NCBI RefSeq assembly: GCF_009914755.1
Contig: NC_060932.1
DNA: 64,000 nt
Reading direction: 5' to 3' (one strand)
DNA from: the human T2T-CHM13v2.0 reference genome, Homo sapiens
The translations under genes were made by a program, and so were the position numbers. The stretch's first letter is position 1. Each line of letters opens with the position of its first letter. Shown here piece by piece: positions 29,121 to 44,069 of this stretch. The notes beneath the pieces are model-generated. The model saw only the letters and a list, made by a program, of their open reading frames with translations. It searched no databases and was not told where the DNA came from.

Positions 29121-29188
29121 TATTTCATACTCTGTGAAGTGTATTTCATACTTTATGAAGTGTATTTCAAACTCTATGAAGTGTATTC
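29121..29188. repeat. 21-bp minisatellite (TATTTCATACTCTATGAAGTG) about 3.2 copies
   Basis: Read directly from the sequence. Confidence 0.9.
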
Positions 29189-29389
29189 CCTAAAATGGTA
29201 GCAGATAGTAATAAAAGATTTGCATAGATAAATGTAAAATTAAAACCTTATAAACGTGACAAAAAAGAGCTACATGAAACTATGAGATTATATAACATGT
29301 GGAATTGATCTATACCATAATATAAATTAATATAATAGCAATCTATTAATATAATTTAATAGATTGCTAAAGACTTATTTTTTATTAAC

Positions 29390-30140
29390 TATTGAGTAGA
29401 TACACACTGATATTTGTAACATATAAAGAGAATGTGAGGTACGATAGTAATAAATACGTATATGCTCACTATTTAGGAAGTCTTCTATTGTGCTTCCCTA
29501 AAACCAATAAATTTTCTGTTCCCTTGAAGGGACCCCTATCATGAATTTGATGTTTACAATTTTATTGCTTTAATTTATAATTTTGCAACATACATTTGTA
29601 ACCTGAATGTTTCTGTTGTTTAGTTTGTGAAGTTTATTAATCACATCTAAATAGGAACTATTCTAAGACTTCTATGAGATTTGCTTTTCTTCCTCAATAT
29701 TACGACCCTAAGAATCATCTATATTGCTTCTTATAACTGTACTTCATTCATTGTGTGCTGATTGTTATTTCATTGTAGAAATTTGCCACCAATTAATTTA
29801 TCCATTCTACTCTTAATGAGCATTTGGATTATTTCCAGTTTGGAACTATTATTCACAGAGGCAACTACAAACATTCCTGTATTTGAAGTGCAAATATTTC
29901 CTTACAGTATATAACTAGATATGGCTTGCAGAGTGATAGTATATGCCCATCTTCATATTTGTAAAATAATCCAGAATAGTTTTCTTAGGAGTTTATTTTT
30001 ATTCCTATCAACAGTGCACAGTTTTATATGTTGTTTTTTACATGTTTGGAATGCTTGATGGTGACAGATTTTAAAAATCAAAAATCAAAAGAAGTTCTTT
30101 GTTAAAAACACCATTTGGCTTTAATTTGCATTTTCTTGGG
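29390..30140 (-). mobile_element. L1ME-type 3' end
   Basis: AATTTATCCATTCTACTCTTAATGAGCATTTGGATTATTTCCAGTTT; GGCTTTAATTTGCATTTTC. Confidence 0.65.
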
Positions 30141-30189
30141 AGTTGCTCTTCTCAAGTCCGTGTCACTATAGCTTCTGTCATTTTGCAGT

Positions 30190-31240
30190 TGCTATCTTAT
30201 TTAATGTAGTAGCATTTGACAGAGCTGATTTTTACCCTTTTTGAGACACTTCCTTCACAAGACACCATATCACCTGGCTTTCCTCCTACCTTTCTGGTTA
30301 TTCATATTGAGACGCCTTTGCTATTTTACTAATCATGTGTCAGCCTTTACATTCGGTATAACTATGATCTAAACTACTGACCTCTTTCCTTTTCTATCCA
30401 CACTTACTCCCTAGGTATTCCATTTAATCTCATTGCTTTAAATATCATCTAGAACCTGAGCATTCCTACATTTGTATCTCAAGTCCACATGTCCTCCCGA
30501 ACTTCAGTACCATATATCCAATAATCGTCTACGATAGTTGATATATCTACATGGATGTCTAACAGGCATCTTCAATTTAACAGATATTCCCATTCCTTTT
30601 CAGAAACTGCTCTACTCTCTACTGTCCATCTCTTAATAATGGCAATTCAGTTTTTTCTATTTCTGATGCTAAGAACTTCGTAGCCACCTTTGGCTCCCTC
30701 TTTCCCTTCAAAAGCCCCACTTATTCCATCAGCAAGTCCTGTAAGCTCTATCTTAAATTCACAATTCTAACACCCCTCACTAACCCAACAGGCACCACTC
30801 TGATCCCAGCCCAGTGTTCCCTCTCTTCATTTTTTAAAATAAGCTCCCGACTTCCGCTCTTGTCTCTCAAGAGTATTCATAACACCTCAGTCACAGTAAC
30901 TGTGTTAAAAGGTAAGTCTTTGCATGTCACTCCTCTACTCAAAATCCTCTCGTGTCTTCCTGTCTCAGAGTAAAAGGTAAATTCTCCACCACAGCCCACC
31001 AGAATGTGCGTGTTCTGCACCTCATTGTCTATCTGATCTGATTTTACTTTTCTTTCTATCCAGCCACATTAGCTTCCTAACTGTTGGTAGAAAAATCAGA
31101 CACATTCCCTCTTCAGGGTCTTTGTACACAAACTTTCCTCCATCTAAGATGCTCTTCACCAATACCCACAAGACAGCACTCTTGTTTCCTTCAGGTCTTT
31201 ACTCAAAAGCCACTTTCTCAGTGAGGCATTTCCCCAGTCT
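30190..31240 (+). mobile_element. L2 (L2a-like), about 1 kb
   Basis: GTAGCATTTGACA; CTTTAAATATCATCTA; ATCTACATGGATGTCTAACAGGCATCT; CTTCAGGTCTTTACTCAAA..TCTCAGTGAGGC. Confidence 0.85.
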
Positions 31241-31369
31241 CCATTGGCATTTTTTATTGCTCCTCTTTGATTGTGGTGATAAATGCTATCAGGGCAAATA
31301 AAACAGGATCAAAGAAGAACACTTGAAAATGCCAATGGAAATTGTTGCATCCATAGGCATGCTATCTAT

Positions 31370-31720
31370 TTGCCCACCTCCATTTTACTCTGCAGTCAGT
31401 CTGACTTCTGTTTACACCACTCACATATAAAGGTTGCTGGTTAAGGTCACCAATGAGCTACATACAGACAATCCCCATTCTAGAGTTTCCAGCCTTATTC
31501 TATTGATAGTTTTAGAATATTTCACACAGTTTACCACTTCTAACACTTTCCTTGGCTTCTGTGACACTATATTCTCCATGCTTCCAATCAACAATTCTGG
31601 CCTACATTTCTTAGTTTCCTTTGCCATTTTATTTCTTACCTGATGTATCAATTTTCAGGTTTCTCAAGCATCTTTCATGATTTTCTTTGTATAAACCCTC
31701 TGCATGTTATATATCACACA
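31370..31720 (+). mobile_element. L2 fragment
   Basis: AAGGTCACCAATGA; CCTTGGCTTCTGTGACACTATATTCTCC. Confidence 0.6.
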
Positions 31721-33831
31721 TTTCAATTGCGTGAAATTCCATCTATGTGATAAAATGTACACTTACATCTGTAGGCAATAAACTCCTCAGGAATGGCAAG
31801 AGCAAAATGCCCTTGGGCTCTCCTGGTTTTTACAGCACCATATGTATTTCATCTTTCCATGGTAGTTGCCATTATTCTGCAATATCACAAGTGATTGAAA
31901 GATATGTTAACTTGGTTGGAGGCACCAAATTCCCTAGGGAAAAAAATTAAGCTATATTATTTTCTCAGTTGTGCCTTTTAGTCTTATAGAGAGTAAAAAG
32001 AAATTCTGTGTGTTGAGTCAAAGACATTATGACAAATGTCCAATGGGAATATAAATATACACCTGAAAAGCTGTCTCTGAGTTTTGACACTGGAAGACTA
32101 TTTGAGACAAGATATTGTATGTGACCATTCTGTATCATGGATATTGTTTTAAAAGAGCATAAACTTATTCAGAGGTGGTCTTCCATTTTTTCACTAACTC
32201 AATACTATGTGATGGATGACTACAAACAATATATTTTTTAATTTCCTTAATATTCTAAGAGGCATTACATATTTATTTTACCATCAGATAGATTCAACTT
32301 ATATGCTATTTACTTCCATCCCTTAGAGAAATATATCATGTATTTTTATTAAGCTGTTTATTTTACCAAGACACAATGTATGTTGCAAAACTAATATCTT
32401 CAGAAGTTTGGAAAATTAAAGAGGAAAGAGGATTCCAAAAATCTCCAGAGAAGCTTGTAAATAATTGACTTTCCCTTAGATAATTTTCAATGGGTCTTCC
32501 TTTTCATTTTTTTTTTTGTTTTTTTTCCCAACATGGAACTGCAAAAAAAAAAAACTCAGAAAAATAGAAAAAAAAACTAAAATTAGTATGTATATTATTG
32601 TAAATGCAATCAATATGACATTGTCATTAAATTTAAGTTTAATTTTCCCAAATCGGTGCATTAGAAATCTAGACACTTTCCTTCATTCTTGCCTTATATA
32701 TGCTATTTCATCTATCTTGATTGAAGCAGAGCATAATCTAAACAAAAGTTCAAGTATTTCTCTGCTTCAAGAAGAAACAGGCAACTTGTAATTTCCTGAG
32801 TAGATAATGGGGTTTATGTGAACTATAAACTGATACTGTGGTATTATGACAGTTGTCAGCACAGTTAGCTTAGACTCTTTTGGAAACCTAATTCTAATGG
32901 AAGGTGGGCCAGTGGAAAGTGGCCAATATAGAAATGTTGCTTTATAATGATCATTGCAGAACCCATTTCTGTTAGTCCACAGTGTACTGTTAAGTTTTCC
33001 ACAATATCAGCCACAGGAACATGGATGGATGGAGCATAGAGAAAGAGGACCAGGCAAGGAAATGCATAAAGAAATTAGTCTTTTTCAGTGCAGTCATTCA
33101 TCTAGGGCTCAATGGTCCACAGGGGTCTTGGTCTTCTGCATTTAAGCCAATAGGTGTGGTATTATAAATGGATTTTGCTGCCTAACGAATGGAAACAGAA
33201 TACTCTTCATTTGTCCTCATGCTTAAACACAGATAGGTATTAGAAATATCTCCAATGATCTTGGCCTGCCTCCTCCAAAAGATACATAAAATAGGAAACA
33301 AACTATAAGCCACACCTGGATTTGGTGGTGGTGAGAAACAAGGAAGGTGGAGAATAAAGTTTGCCTGACAGCAAATGCTCCTTATGATGTTCCAATTCAA
33401 AACTGAACCTTGGGCCAGTGGAGCAAGGTATGGGAACTAAACTTGAGAGTTTACATCATGCTATGGCTTGAAGAAGGATAAAGAGCTGCCGTTTTCTTCC
33501 TTCAAACATGCTGACTTGAAGTACCCCAACCTCTAGCAAGAGTGGACATGCAACTTTTCTGGAAACAACATGCCCAATATAGCAACTCAAGAGCACATAG
33601 ATGGAGAATCAGCAGATATGAGTTCACAAGTATCACCAAAAACATGGCAGGCAAGTCACAAGACTGAACATCAGCACAAACAATAAACAGCTGAGCAGGC
33701 CCACAAAGAAATTTTGGGGATCAAACTGTTAGCTAGACACTGGAGAATTGCAATATAGAATAATTATGCATAACATGATTAAAGAAATGTGAGGTAGCAT
33801 TTAGAGATTATCAAGAAAGAACAGACCAGGC

Positions 33832-34063
33832 AGATATAGATATAGATATAGATATAAATATAGATATAGATATAGATATATAGATATATATAAAATATAT
33901 AACTAAAAAATATATAAATATATATACACACATATATATGTATACATATATGTGTATATGTATACATACATATATATACACATATATGTTGGTATATGTA
34001 TACATACATATATATACACACCCACATATATGTGTGTATATGAATATATATGTATACATATAT
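33832..34063. repeat. Compound (TAGATA)n/(TA)n/(TATG)n simple repeat
   Basis: Read directly from the sequence. Confidence 0.92.
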
Positions 34064-34078
34064 AAAATAGAACTTCCA

Positions 34079-34620
<542 letters not shown>

Positions 34621-35704
34621 TGAAATTTCTCTTTATATTGTTTAGACTAATTTCATTTGGGAATCTAAAATATGAACCTACTGAGTTAAACACAAAAAGG
34701 CAATGGAAAAATTATTCATCAATTTAAGGATGGCAGTATTTTTCTCAAAAAATTACTTGCCCACAGTATGAAGATTAATATGTAAGTAGTTTTTAAAAAT
34801 AAACAGTGGTTAGCAAGGAAGATCACTGTGAATGTTTTAATTAATATTACTATATTATTTTTAATAGAAATAATTCTGGAGGAATTACTGTCTAGCATTT
34901 CATTGCTGGTACTCTAAAGAAAAGGCATCTATCACAGTCAAATTGTTGGAATGATTTTTTTGTCCATTAGAGAGCACTACACTTACTCATTAAAAATGTC
35001 CTCTATTTTTATGATCTCTCTTTGTGGTATTATACTTTTTCATTCCACATAAACAGACATTTGGTTCAATATTATTTACCAAAGTGTTTGATGCTGTCAG
35101 CAGAACTGGGATTTACAAGGAAACGTGAAGCTCCTCTACATTCTAATACAACTTAAAGTTATTCTCCATTCACATTCACTCACATGTGGTTCATTCTTTG
35201 TTTCCAACAAAATAAATCAGAATGGTAGAAACTCAGATTATTTCAGTCATGCACTTTTCTAAAATAAAGATATTTTAGATCCTAAATAATTTAAGTCCTG
35301 CTGATGACTGATAATTATACAAAGTTTTCAACAGTCTTTTAACCTTTCTTGTAAGGTGACAATTGTTGCTGATATGACCAGTGTAACACTTACTTAACGA
35401 GATATTATCAAAATTACACACAATTCTCCAGATACAATGGGGTTAATTACAGTGAAAATAAGCCACATCATACGGGGAAATATAGAGCAAATACATTTTT
35501 TAGAAAAAAATCTGTACTTAAGCTTTAAGTCTTTATCATAGGCACTCAAAAGTATCTACCAAACTAGTAAATTAGTGAAAAGTAATTAGTAATTAATACC
35601 ACTTAAAATATATTACTTAGAGCAAATTATGATTAGTGTTTTTTAGATATCTCAAAGATAACTGTATCATTGTAGCTCTGACCTTTCAACTAAATGAGCA
35701 AAAA

Positions 35705-35870
35705 ACCCAACAATTACTAAATGTTTATTATTTACTATGTACCAGGAAATATTATAAACATATTAAATATATGAATTCTTTTGTCTTTTACAAACCCATG
35801 AAGAAAATATTACCATTATATGCACCTTAAAAAAAGAAAATTGTGATGTAGTGAAGTGAAATATTTGGTT
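35705..35870 (-). mobile_element. MIR
   Basis: TTTACTATGTACCAGG...CAAACCCATGAAG...TATTACCATT. Confidence 0.5.
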
Positions 35871-36201
35871 CCATTAGTAATTTTTTATTTGTATTTCTAA
35901 CAACTCTAAAAGGTCACTTACCAGTCTTCCGTAGTTTTGACTCACATGCTTACCCATTTTTATAACTCCAAGAAAGACACTTATGTGTTCTAATTATGAA
36001 TTTCCTCATCATACCTCTCTCACTTTTTATATTTTTTCATAAGGAAGATTATGGTATGAGCTGATTCTGGTAATGCCTTAGTTCAGTGCCTTCCCCCTAA
36101 AAAGCAATTGCTCCATTGGTGTCTGTGATGTTGATGATAATGAGGATGATGATGGCAAAAATTAGGATAACATAGAAGTGTTTTTTAAGCCCTAAATAAG
36201 G

Positions 36202-36204
<3 letters not shown>

Positions 36205-36283
<79 letters not shown>
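36205..36283. repeat. Two (TA)n tracts separated by AGGCTC
   Basis: Read directly from the sequence; adjoins the Alu tail. Confidence 0.95.
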
Positions 36284-36580
<297 letters not shown>

Positions 36581-39500
36581 TAATAAGTTTTAAGCTTCAG
36601 GTAGACTCTCTACAAATGAATTCCCAGAATTCTATTAGCAGTGAGTCACCTTTTTATTCCCTTGAGTACAGAATGTGTGCTAATGTGTGCAGGATGGGTG
36701 AGTAAAGAATACATAAACAGCTGCCGTACTGCAGGTAAAATAAAATTACTTTAGACAGGGTAGCCAAAAGAAGCCCCAGAATGCTACAAGGCAAGACACA
36801 TTGTCAGCTTTCATAAGAACCCAAATTTAATGGATGCAAAGAAGCTGGGGCCAAACAGTAGCAGGGAGAACAACATGGCCCATAACCACTAGAGAACTCC
36901 ATGGTTCACTGTAGGTAAACCTTGGAGAGGAAGAGAAGGGTGACTGTCATTATGAGTTTAGAGACAAAGTAAAATCAGTTTTCATTTGTATGCAACTGGA
37001 CACAACTGCCTGTCATCTTTGTGGGCCTTTTAAATTCTCCCTGCACATACTGATAGCAACATTATCTGTAGGATGCTATCTGAAAATGAAGGACAATGGT
37101 ATGTATATCAGTCCTTCTATGTTTATGCCATCGTTTAGGACTTTTTTCAAAAATTATTAAACTCACCAATATTCTTCAAGTGCTGAAAAGATAAGGGAAG
37201 CCACTGTAGCCTATATGACACTGGAAAGATAAGACTATTCTTGATTATATAACAGAGTGTAATGACAGACAAGAGACTTAACTTGTCTGTTTAAGGAAGA
37301 ATATAAATTACATTTGCAACTATAAAAAGATTGTGGTCACATTCATACCATAGTAAAAGATGACATCTCACTTTGCCCAAAGTTTTTGTTGTGCTTGTGA
37401 ACAGTTGTTAAAATCAACTTATTTCTATGCAAATGTACAACTGCATTCTGACAGGGACTGTTTCTCCTTGAACTGGGAAATAACATCCTTGCTAAATTTA
37501 AGGCCCCACAATGAGAGAAGACTAAAATGCAAATGATTATGACTGAGGAGAGGTGATCGACTCTGCCTTAATTTTCAAAGCATCAAAGGAAAAGATACGC
37601 CCAGCTGTAGAGGAATCCCTAAATCATGCTGATAGTTAAGTCACCAGTAGTAGTACACATACATCCAATGTCATCCATTTGTTCTGTGGCAAATTTTATA
37701 AGAGAGAAGACAAAATTAAATGATGTGGATAATGTGACAATAATGCCTATTCATTTTTTATGAGTTTTTCCCTTCAGTGGGAAAGGTCTTCATTTATATG
37801 ACACAGAAGGTCCCTGTTTTCCTCTGACTGCAGGGTCTGGCCCATTCGCTGCTCAAGGGCTTTTAACTCCTGATTAATTGGCAATTGGACAAAATTATAC
37901 TTTTATTTGTACTCTAGGCTCTCTATATCAATTTAAGATGAATTGTCTTCAAAACAAACAGAACATTAGTTGAAAGTAACACACAAAAAAGTGCTTTATG
38001 TTATATAAAAGCTCTTTTTCTCTGTAAATGTAACAACCGTATTAACAATAAAAAGGAAACACAAGGACTGTAACAAATTGTCCTGCAATGGTCTATTCAA
38101 AATTCCACCGAAAGCCAGATGAAGATGTCTGTAGTTTCAGGCCCCGGGAGGCATTGGCATGTTTCATGATGACACTTGCCAGCAGCTCATCGTTTGTGCT
38201 GAGGAAGTGGTGGCCTCTCATCAAGCCAAAGGAATTTGTTGCCTTTCTGGCTTTTCAGTTCTCCACCCTCTGGTCATGCATCTCTCTTTTACCAAAATTG
38301 ATATAGTAACAAATCTTCACATTTTATAAAAGCCTCAGACTAACAAAACTAGAAATAAATATCCTAAGATTTTCTTGATTACCAAGGTTTGCTTAAAATA
38401 TATTGAATACACTTGAATGGAAACGCACATGATTAAAGCATTTTTAAAATTAGGAAGTAGTTAGGTATTAACAATTCATTTATGCATTCAGACATAATTC
38501 TGAAGTTATATTTTATTTATTTTACAAAAATTGTAGGGGCAAATGATGATGATCCTCTGATTTTAGGTATGTATGTAACCATGGGCAAATAAATATCCAT
38601 ATTTTAATTATTCATTTTTAAGATGAATATATTTAAATCATCACAACGTCTCTCTCCAGTTCTACAAAAACCAGCTCTGTGCTATTGTTCTTCTCATTTT
38701 CTAAAAAAAATACAGCCAAATACATAAGCCAAAGTGATGAGTTAGAAACGATAAGCCTAATGATTCTATTCATGATAGTAAGATAATTAAACAATTTAAA
38801 AATTAATGCTAAACTTGCAAGAAATATTTTGGAAAAAATATGGGAAGATAAAACTCTTCAAGTAGAGATTGCATTATTAGAGATGTATCCCATGTGCTTA
38901 AATGAGATTAAATATTCCCAAGATGCCAATACATGTAATGTTTTTCTAATCAGATTAGAAATGAGACGTTTTGCGTGTTTTGTTTTCATTAAGCCTTTAT
39001 GACATTATCATACAGTTATCTAGCGTAACTATAAACTATTCAAAAGTACTCTTAAAATAAAAAATGAGAAAAGACTTTACTTACTTGATATTATTTGCTC
39101 AGAAATAGACAAGAAATACAATGGTTTAAAACAGAAATCTAGAAACTATTTGAGGAAGAATTTGGTATATGATATGAGACACATAAAATCACTGGGGAAA
39201 AGAATGAATGCTTTATAAATGGCACTGTAATAGATGGCTAACCAGTACCTTAACTACGTAACTCCAAATAAAATATATTTTCTAAAATATTATATAATTC
39301 TGTCAATTTTACTTTGCAATATTTTTATAAATCTAAGCAATCACTTTTAATAGTTCATTGAATCTTGAATGCTCTAGCCTTTAACCATAGATCTTTTTCT
39401 GGGTATTTATTTTTTACATAGCTAAAGCTTCAATTTCAGAAAAACCTATATCAAGGACTGCTACGCAGAAAAAAGAAAAATATCTGTTTATAATTTAAAT

Positions 39501-39815
39501 TTAAATCTATAATGTATTCTCTGTTTAAACACACTACCCACATAGAGTTCTATCTTTTTAATTTGTTTATTTAGTACTGTTTTGCTTTTTCTTAGAAAAT
39601 TTTATTATTCTATAGTTAAATCTACATGCAAGAATGTCTTTAAAAAAACCATGAGTTAATTCCTCAATATTTTCACATTTTCACAAAAAAAGTATTCACT
39701 GAGATGACAAATATTTTGCAGATATTCTAATTACAATGTTGTTTTGTTCAATGATATATTTTAGATTCTTTTTTTTTTTTTTTTTTTGCACAAGATGTTT
39801 GGTTTGAATTATGTC

Positions 39816-40264
39816 TGTAAACCAAAAACTAACTGAGGCAGGCCTCAGTCAATTTAGAAGTTCATTTTGTCAAGGTTAAGGACATTCCTGGAATTAAAAA
39901 ACACAGATTCACAGAAACAGTCTGTCATCTGTGCCTTTCTGCAAAGATAATTTTCAGAGGTTCAATATTTAAAGGGAAAAAACGGGCTAGAGAGGAAAGC
40001 CGGGGCTGGATAGGGTTACACACAAGTTGCAAGAGAAAATGAGCAGGTAAAGGGATAGTCATGTATGCATTCCTCTCCTGCTCAGTACATCTACACTTTA
40101 CATAAGACACAAGTGAAAACAGAGTGGAGATATTTAATATTTTATCTGTAGCTAACTGCTTAAGGAACAAAAGGAAAGGCAGATTCTTTCATGACTCAGC
40201 TTTCAGCTTCATTTTTTCTTTTGGTAAAGTGAATTGGGGTCGTGAGTTTTATTTTCTCTTCACA
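39816..40264 (-). mobile_element. MER4A-type ERV1 solo LTR
   Basis: TGTAAACCAAAAA..CTGAGGCAGGCCTCAGTCAATTTAGAAG ... TTTATTTTCTCTTCACA. Confidence 0.8.
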
Positions 40265-42059
40265 ATACTTGTTTACTGGATTCAAGCAGCTGTGGCTGAT
40301 ATTTGAGTTTTGTCATAAAAGTGAACTCAGTGGTTATACAAATAAATGATGACATTTCTAGAAAACTTTTTAAAAATGGGTGGAATCCAATCCCCCAAGC
40401 ATGTAAACTAAGCCCTGCTCAGTTTGCGGTTATATCTGGATATGTTTTCCAGGACACATCATCAACTCACTGACTAGGTTCCAGTTCTATTTGGAGTTCT
40501 AGTTTTGATAACCATTAAGCTGAAAGGTTTTTTGCTTTTAGTCTTGGAAGATTCCCCTCAAATATTTGCAACTGAGATTTTGTCATGTCTGCAAATCTGA
40601 CATTCCACGTACTCTAATCCTTTCCTTTTATCTTAGCCCAGAAGCTGGAGTTTTGCTATATATTATACTTAAAATAAAAGAAAAAGTCTCACCCTGATGT
40701 TCCCGCTTGCAGCAAATGCATTTTCACATAGCCCTTTGTGGTTCACTATATTCCTGTAAGGATACCTGGTTCTTCATTTTGGGGCTGCTTTCTATTGCTT
40801 TTCCTTGATTTGGTGGCACATACCTTTGGAGAACAGGTGACTTTCAGCATTCTGGTCAGAAAGGGAGAATGAGGATTTCAGAATAAGTCTTAATCAGGAA
40901 TTCATTTCTTCAGTTGTAACCAACTCCAATGGGTTAAGTCATTAATTAATCGAATATGTGCTGTAGCCAGGTCCCAAGTGTCATGTTCTAAGTGTTGTAA
41001 TAGTTTTTCCTTCGCGAAAAACAATACATCCAATTCTATTCAGGCTCTGCCAGTCTCTAGTGGATAATCCAGATGTAGGGTGTGGTGATTCCCAGACTGG
41101 CCTGCTATTATATTTAAAATGACCATCACTGGAGAGGCTTAAACATGACAACAAAAGTGCAAATGCAAGTAAATATGTCTTACTTCAATTAGAATGACAT
41201 TCTACACTTTTAAAATGCAAAGTCATTTTACTTCAAATTCTGCCAGTAAGATGCAATGATCATGATTAAAGATTAAGACTGGATAAACATACTGTATCTG
41301 AATCTTCAGAAGTACATCTACGTGAGCAACAGAGACAAACACTGGAAAGATCTAAGCCTTTTCTAAGGGAGAAGAAACTTTGGCAGTAAGATTTGGGGTA
41401 CTTACAGCCCCAATAGCAAGACTATCTCTTGTATAGACATAGGGTATAATCCACTTTGACTATGGCCTGTCCTGCTGGTCATGTCATTCTGATTGTTAAC
41501 TAGGGAATCTGTTTAATGAGATGCCGTTTATCACTTGATCAATTTAATGTCCCTTGTTCTGAATCTGTTTCACCAAGGGATTTCTATAACCTTCTGGTAT
41601 AGAGAAAATGTACTGCTCATGCTGACTCAATTACTTCGATCTTTGTGATGATTGCATTTGTCATTATGAATTAGTGAAATGGCTTTAGGCTGTTCAACAA
41701 ATCAACTATGTTAGTCCTAACTATTGCAAATCATTGCATTGCTCTGTGCCTTATTTTCTACTCCTTTAAAAAGGTAACTACTAGTGGTATCTTCTTCCTA
41801 CAAATGTGGTAAAGATTAAATGAAACCATTTGCTGTCACAAGGTTTTCAAAATTTTGTACTCCAAGACAGAAATAAGCCTTGTTAGTGAAGACTTCTATA
41901 AATGTGTATTGCTTAATCCCTCTAGGCATTGGATTCCTGTCTGCAATATTCAGGTATGATCCGTCATGTCTATCAATATTGAATAATAATATTTCAAAGC
42001 TTTGCAATTACCATAACAAGAGAAACAAGACTGAATAGATGTTTTTTATAGTCTATACA

Positions 42060-42315
42060 ACACAGTGATAACTCTCTCCAATAATGTTAGTTTACTTCTT
42101 TTCCAGTCATTACATTTGATTTTTTTCTTGTTTTACTGCATTTGTGAAGATCTCAGAGACAATGAATAGAAGAAATAAGAACATGCATTCTTGTATTATT
42201 CCCATTCTCAGCAGGCAGCTTTCCGTATTTCATTTCAAATGTGTTATCTGCTGATGATTTTTTGTTGATATTATCTACTGTGTTAATAAAGCTATCATTT
42301 ATTCCCAACTGAACC
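42060..42315 (-). mobile_element. Old L1M ORF2 fragment
   Basis: TTTACTTCTTTTCCAGTC..ACAATGAATAGAAG..CATTCTTGTATTATTCCC. Confidence 0.6.
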
Positions 42316-42325
42316 ATGGACCAAT

Positions 42326-42395
42326 TTTTGTTCTTTACAGATTTGGGCCAGATTATATATATACTTTTGTTCTTTACAGATTTGGGACAGTTATA
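42326..42395. repeat. Tandem duplication of TTTTGTTCTTTACAGATTTGGG(C/A)CAG
   Basis: Two copies about 38 bp apart with a short (TA)n between them. Confidence 0.85.
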
Positions 42396-44069
42396 GGAAA
42401 ATGCCTTTTTACCTAAATAAACTTATATTATCCATTAATAGGAGGTAAACAACATTTTGTTTTACAGCCTTCCTCTATAAGGCATGGAATTAAACTTCTA
42501 AATTCACCAAAAAGTCTTGTCCATACCATGGTTGCCTTATAATTACTTTTGCCAAATAGCAAGTGAGCACAGGACACACTTTCAAAATATTTCATTTATG
42601 ACATCATGCAATGTTTCACACATCAGTACTTTCCTTACAACCTTAGACTTTTCAATAAAATGTTGAGGTATTTTGTGTTTATTAAAAAAAAAGGGATCAA
42701 AAATAGTTGTGCCCATTATATCTTCTGAAGATCTTCCCTACCAATAAGGACCCATATCTTCTATAGAGATGATGGTATTGGTATATAGAAAGAACTGAAC
42801 TGCCGGGCTATTGGCATGCTCAGAGAGTAAGTTTCCCAAAAATAATCAGCTCTGAGGGTAAGACCTGTATATAGGCATCTAAGAAGAATGATCTCTTGCT
42901 TTCAGGCACTGGTATTTGTTATTACTTTTATAAATACATTTTAAGTGACTTTTTAAAAAGGAGATAAAAACTGGTGTTATATGTACAGTAAGAGAAATCA
43001 AAACGAAGAATCCACCAATTGATAATGTTTTAGCCCTTATTCTTTCCTCCTAACTGAAAGCAATCAATGATATTGAAGAAAATAGTTATTATATTTTCAA
43101 CAAGAGATGAGATAATTTGATCTAAATGTATTTAGAACGCATAGATTTTATTTTTTGCTTTAATTTGAAAATATCTAAGAACATTTGTAGTCATTGTTAA
43201 TGATCTGGTTAATTATAGTTTTACTACTTGTATAACTGGTGATTAGAGGAGTCTCAGCTCCTTAGATATAAAAGAAAAGGTTTTATTATTTCTCAGGCAC
43301 TGCATTTAAATGTACCATGTTGAAACTCACTTTGTTGTTGGGTAGTAGGTCTCTTAACAGCATATAGTTTCAATTTTGTAATTATTCCATAGTTTTATGT
43401 TCCTTAGCTTGAATTCTAGAAATCTCATATCATAAGCCTTATTGTTTCCCCTATACAGGCTGGATTTGTGACTCTAGGGGCTTGGAGCTGGAAGCTGGCC
43501 ATGTTCTCACACTCCTCCTCCTCTAATACACGAGGGACATGGTCCAAGGGAACCAGAACTGAGAATGAGGACTTGACAGAAGGAATATGCTTGTGGCCAA
43601 GACACACTTGCTCTATTAGAGAGCTGGAGGGGCAATTATACTGAATCCCAGCTGGAGTTGCCAACTCACCTGGAGACAGGCTTAGGGAGCCAGGAAGGAA
43701 CCCTACTGTTTGTTATCAAAGGTGGTTGATTTAGAGACCCAGAGGTGGTAGCTGTGTGATTTGGCCTTTTGGTCTTTTTATTCCTTTTCATCTAGGAATA
43801 AAAAGTTTGGCAGATACTACTATATATTCCACTTATTTTGTCTTCAGCATATCTTACAAGCTACTAAATTACTCTCTATATAATATGTCTCATGAATCCT
43901 TTCCATATTCACATGGCAGTTTATTTACTTACCATCTATACATAATATTTTATTTCATCCTGGTTTGTTTTCCTGTTTTCTGTAGTAGAATTGCATTTTC
44001 TCAAATAACATAGAAAACTCATATTAGTGATATGAAGGCAAAAAGGAAGAGGATTGATATAAACTATAA

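Noticed and set aside
28740-29188. Short direct repeats as a CRISPR-like array
   Set aside because: Head-to-tail tandem copies without unique spacers, in a eukaryotic context with no cas genes.
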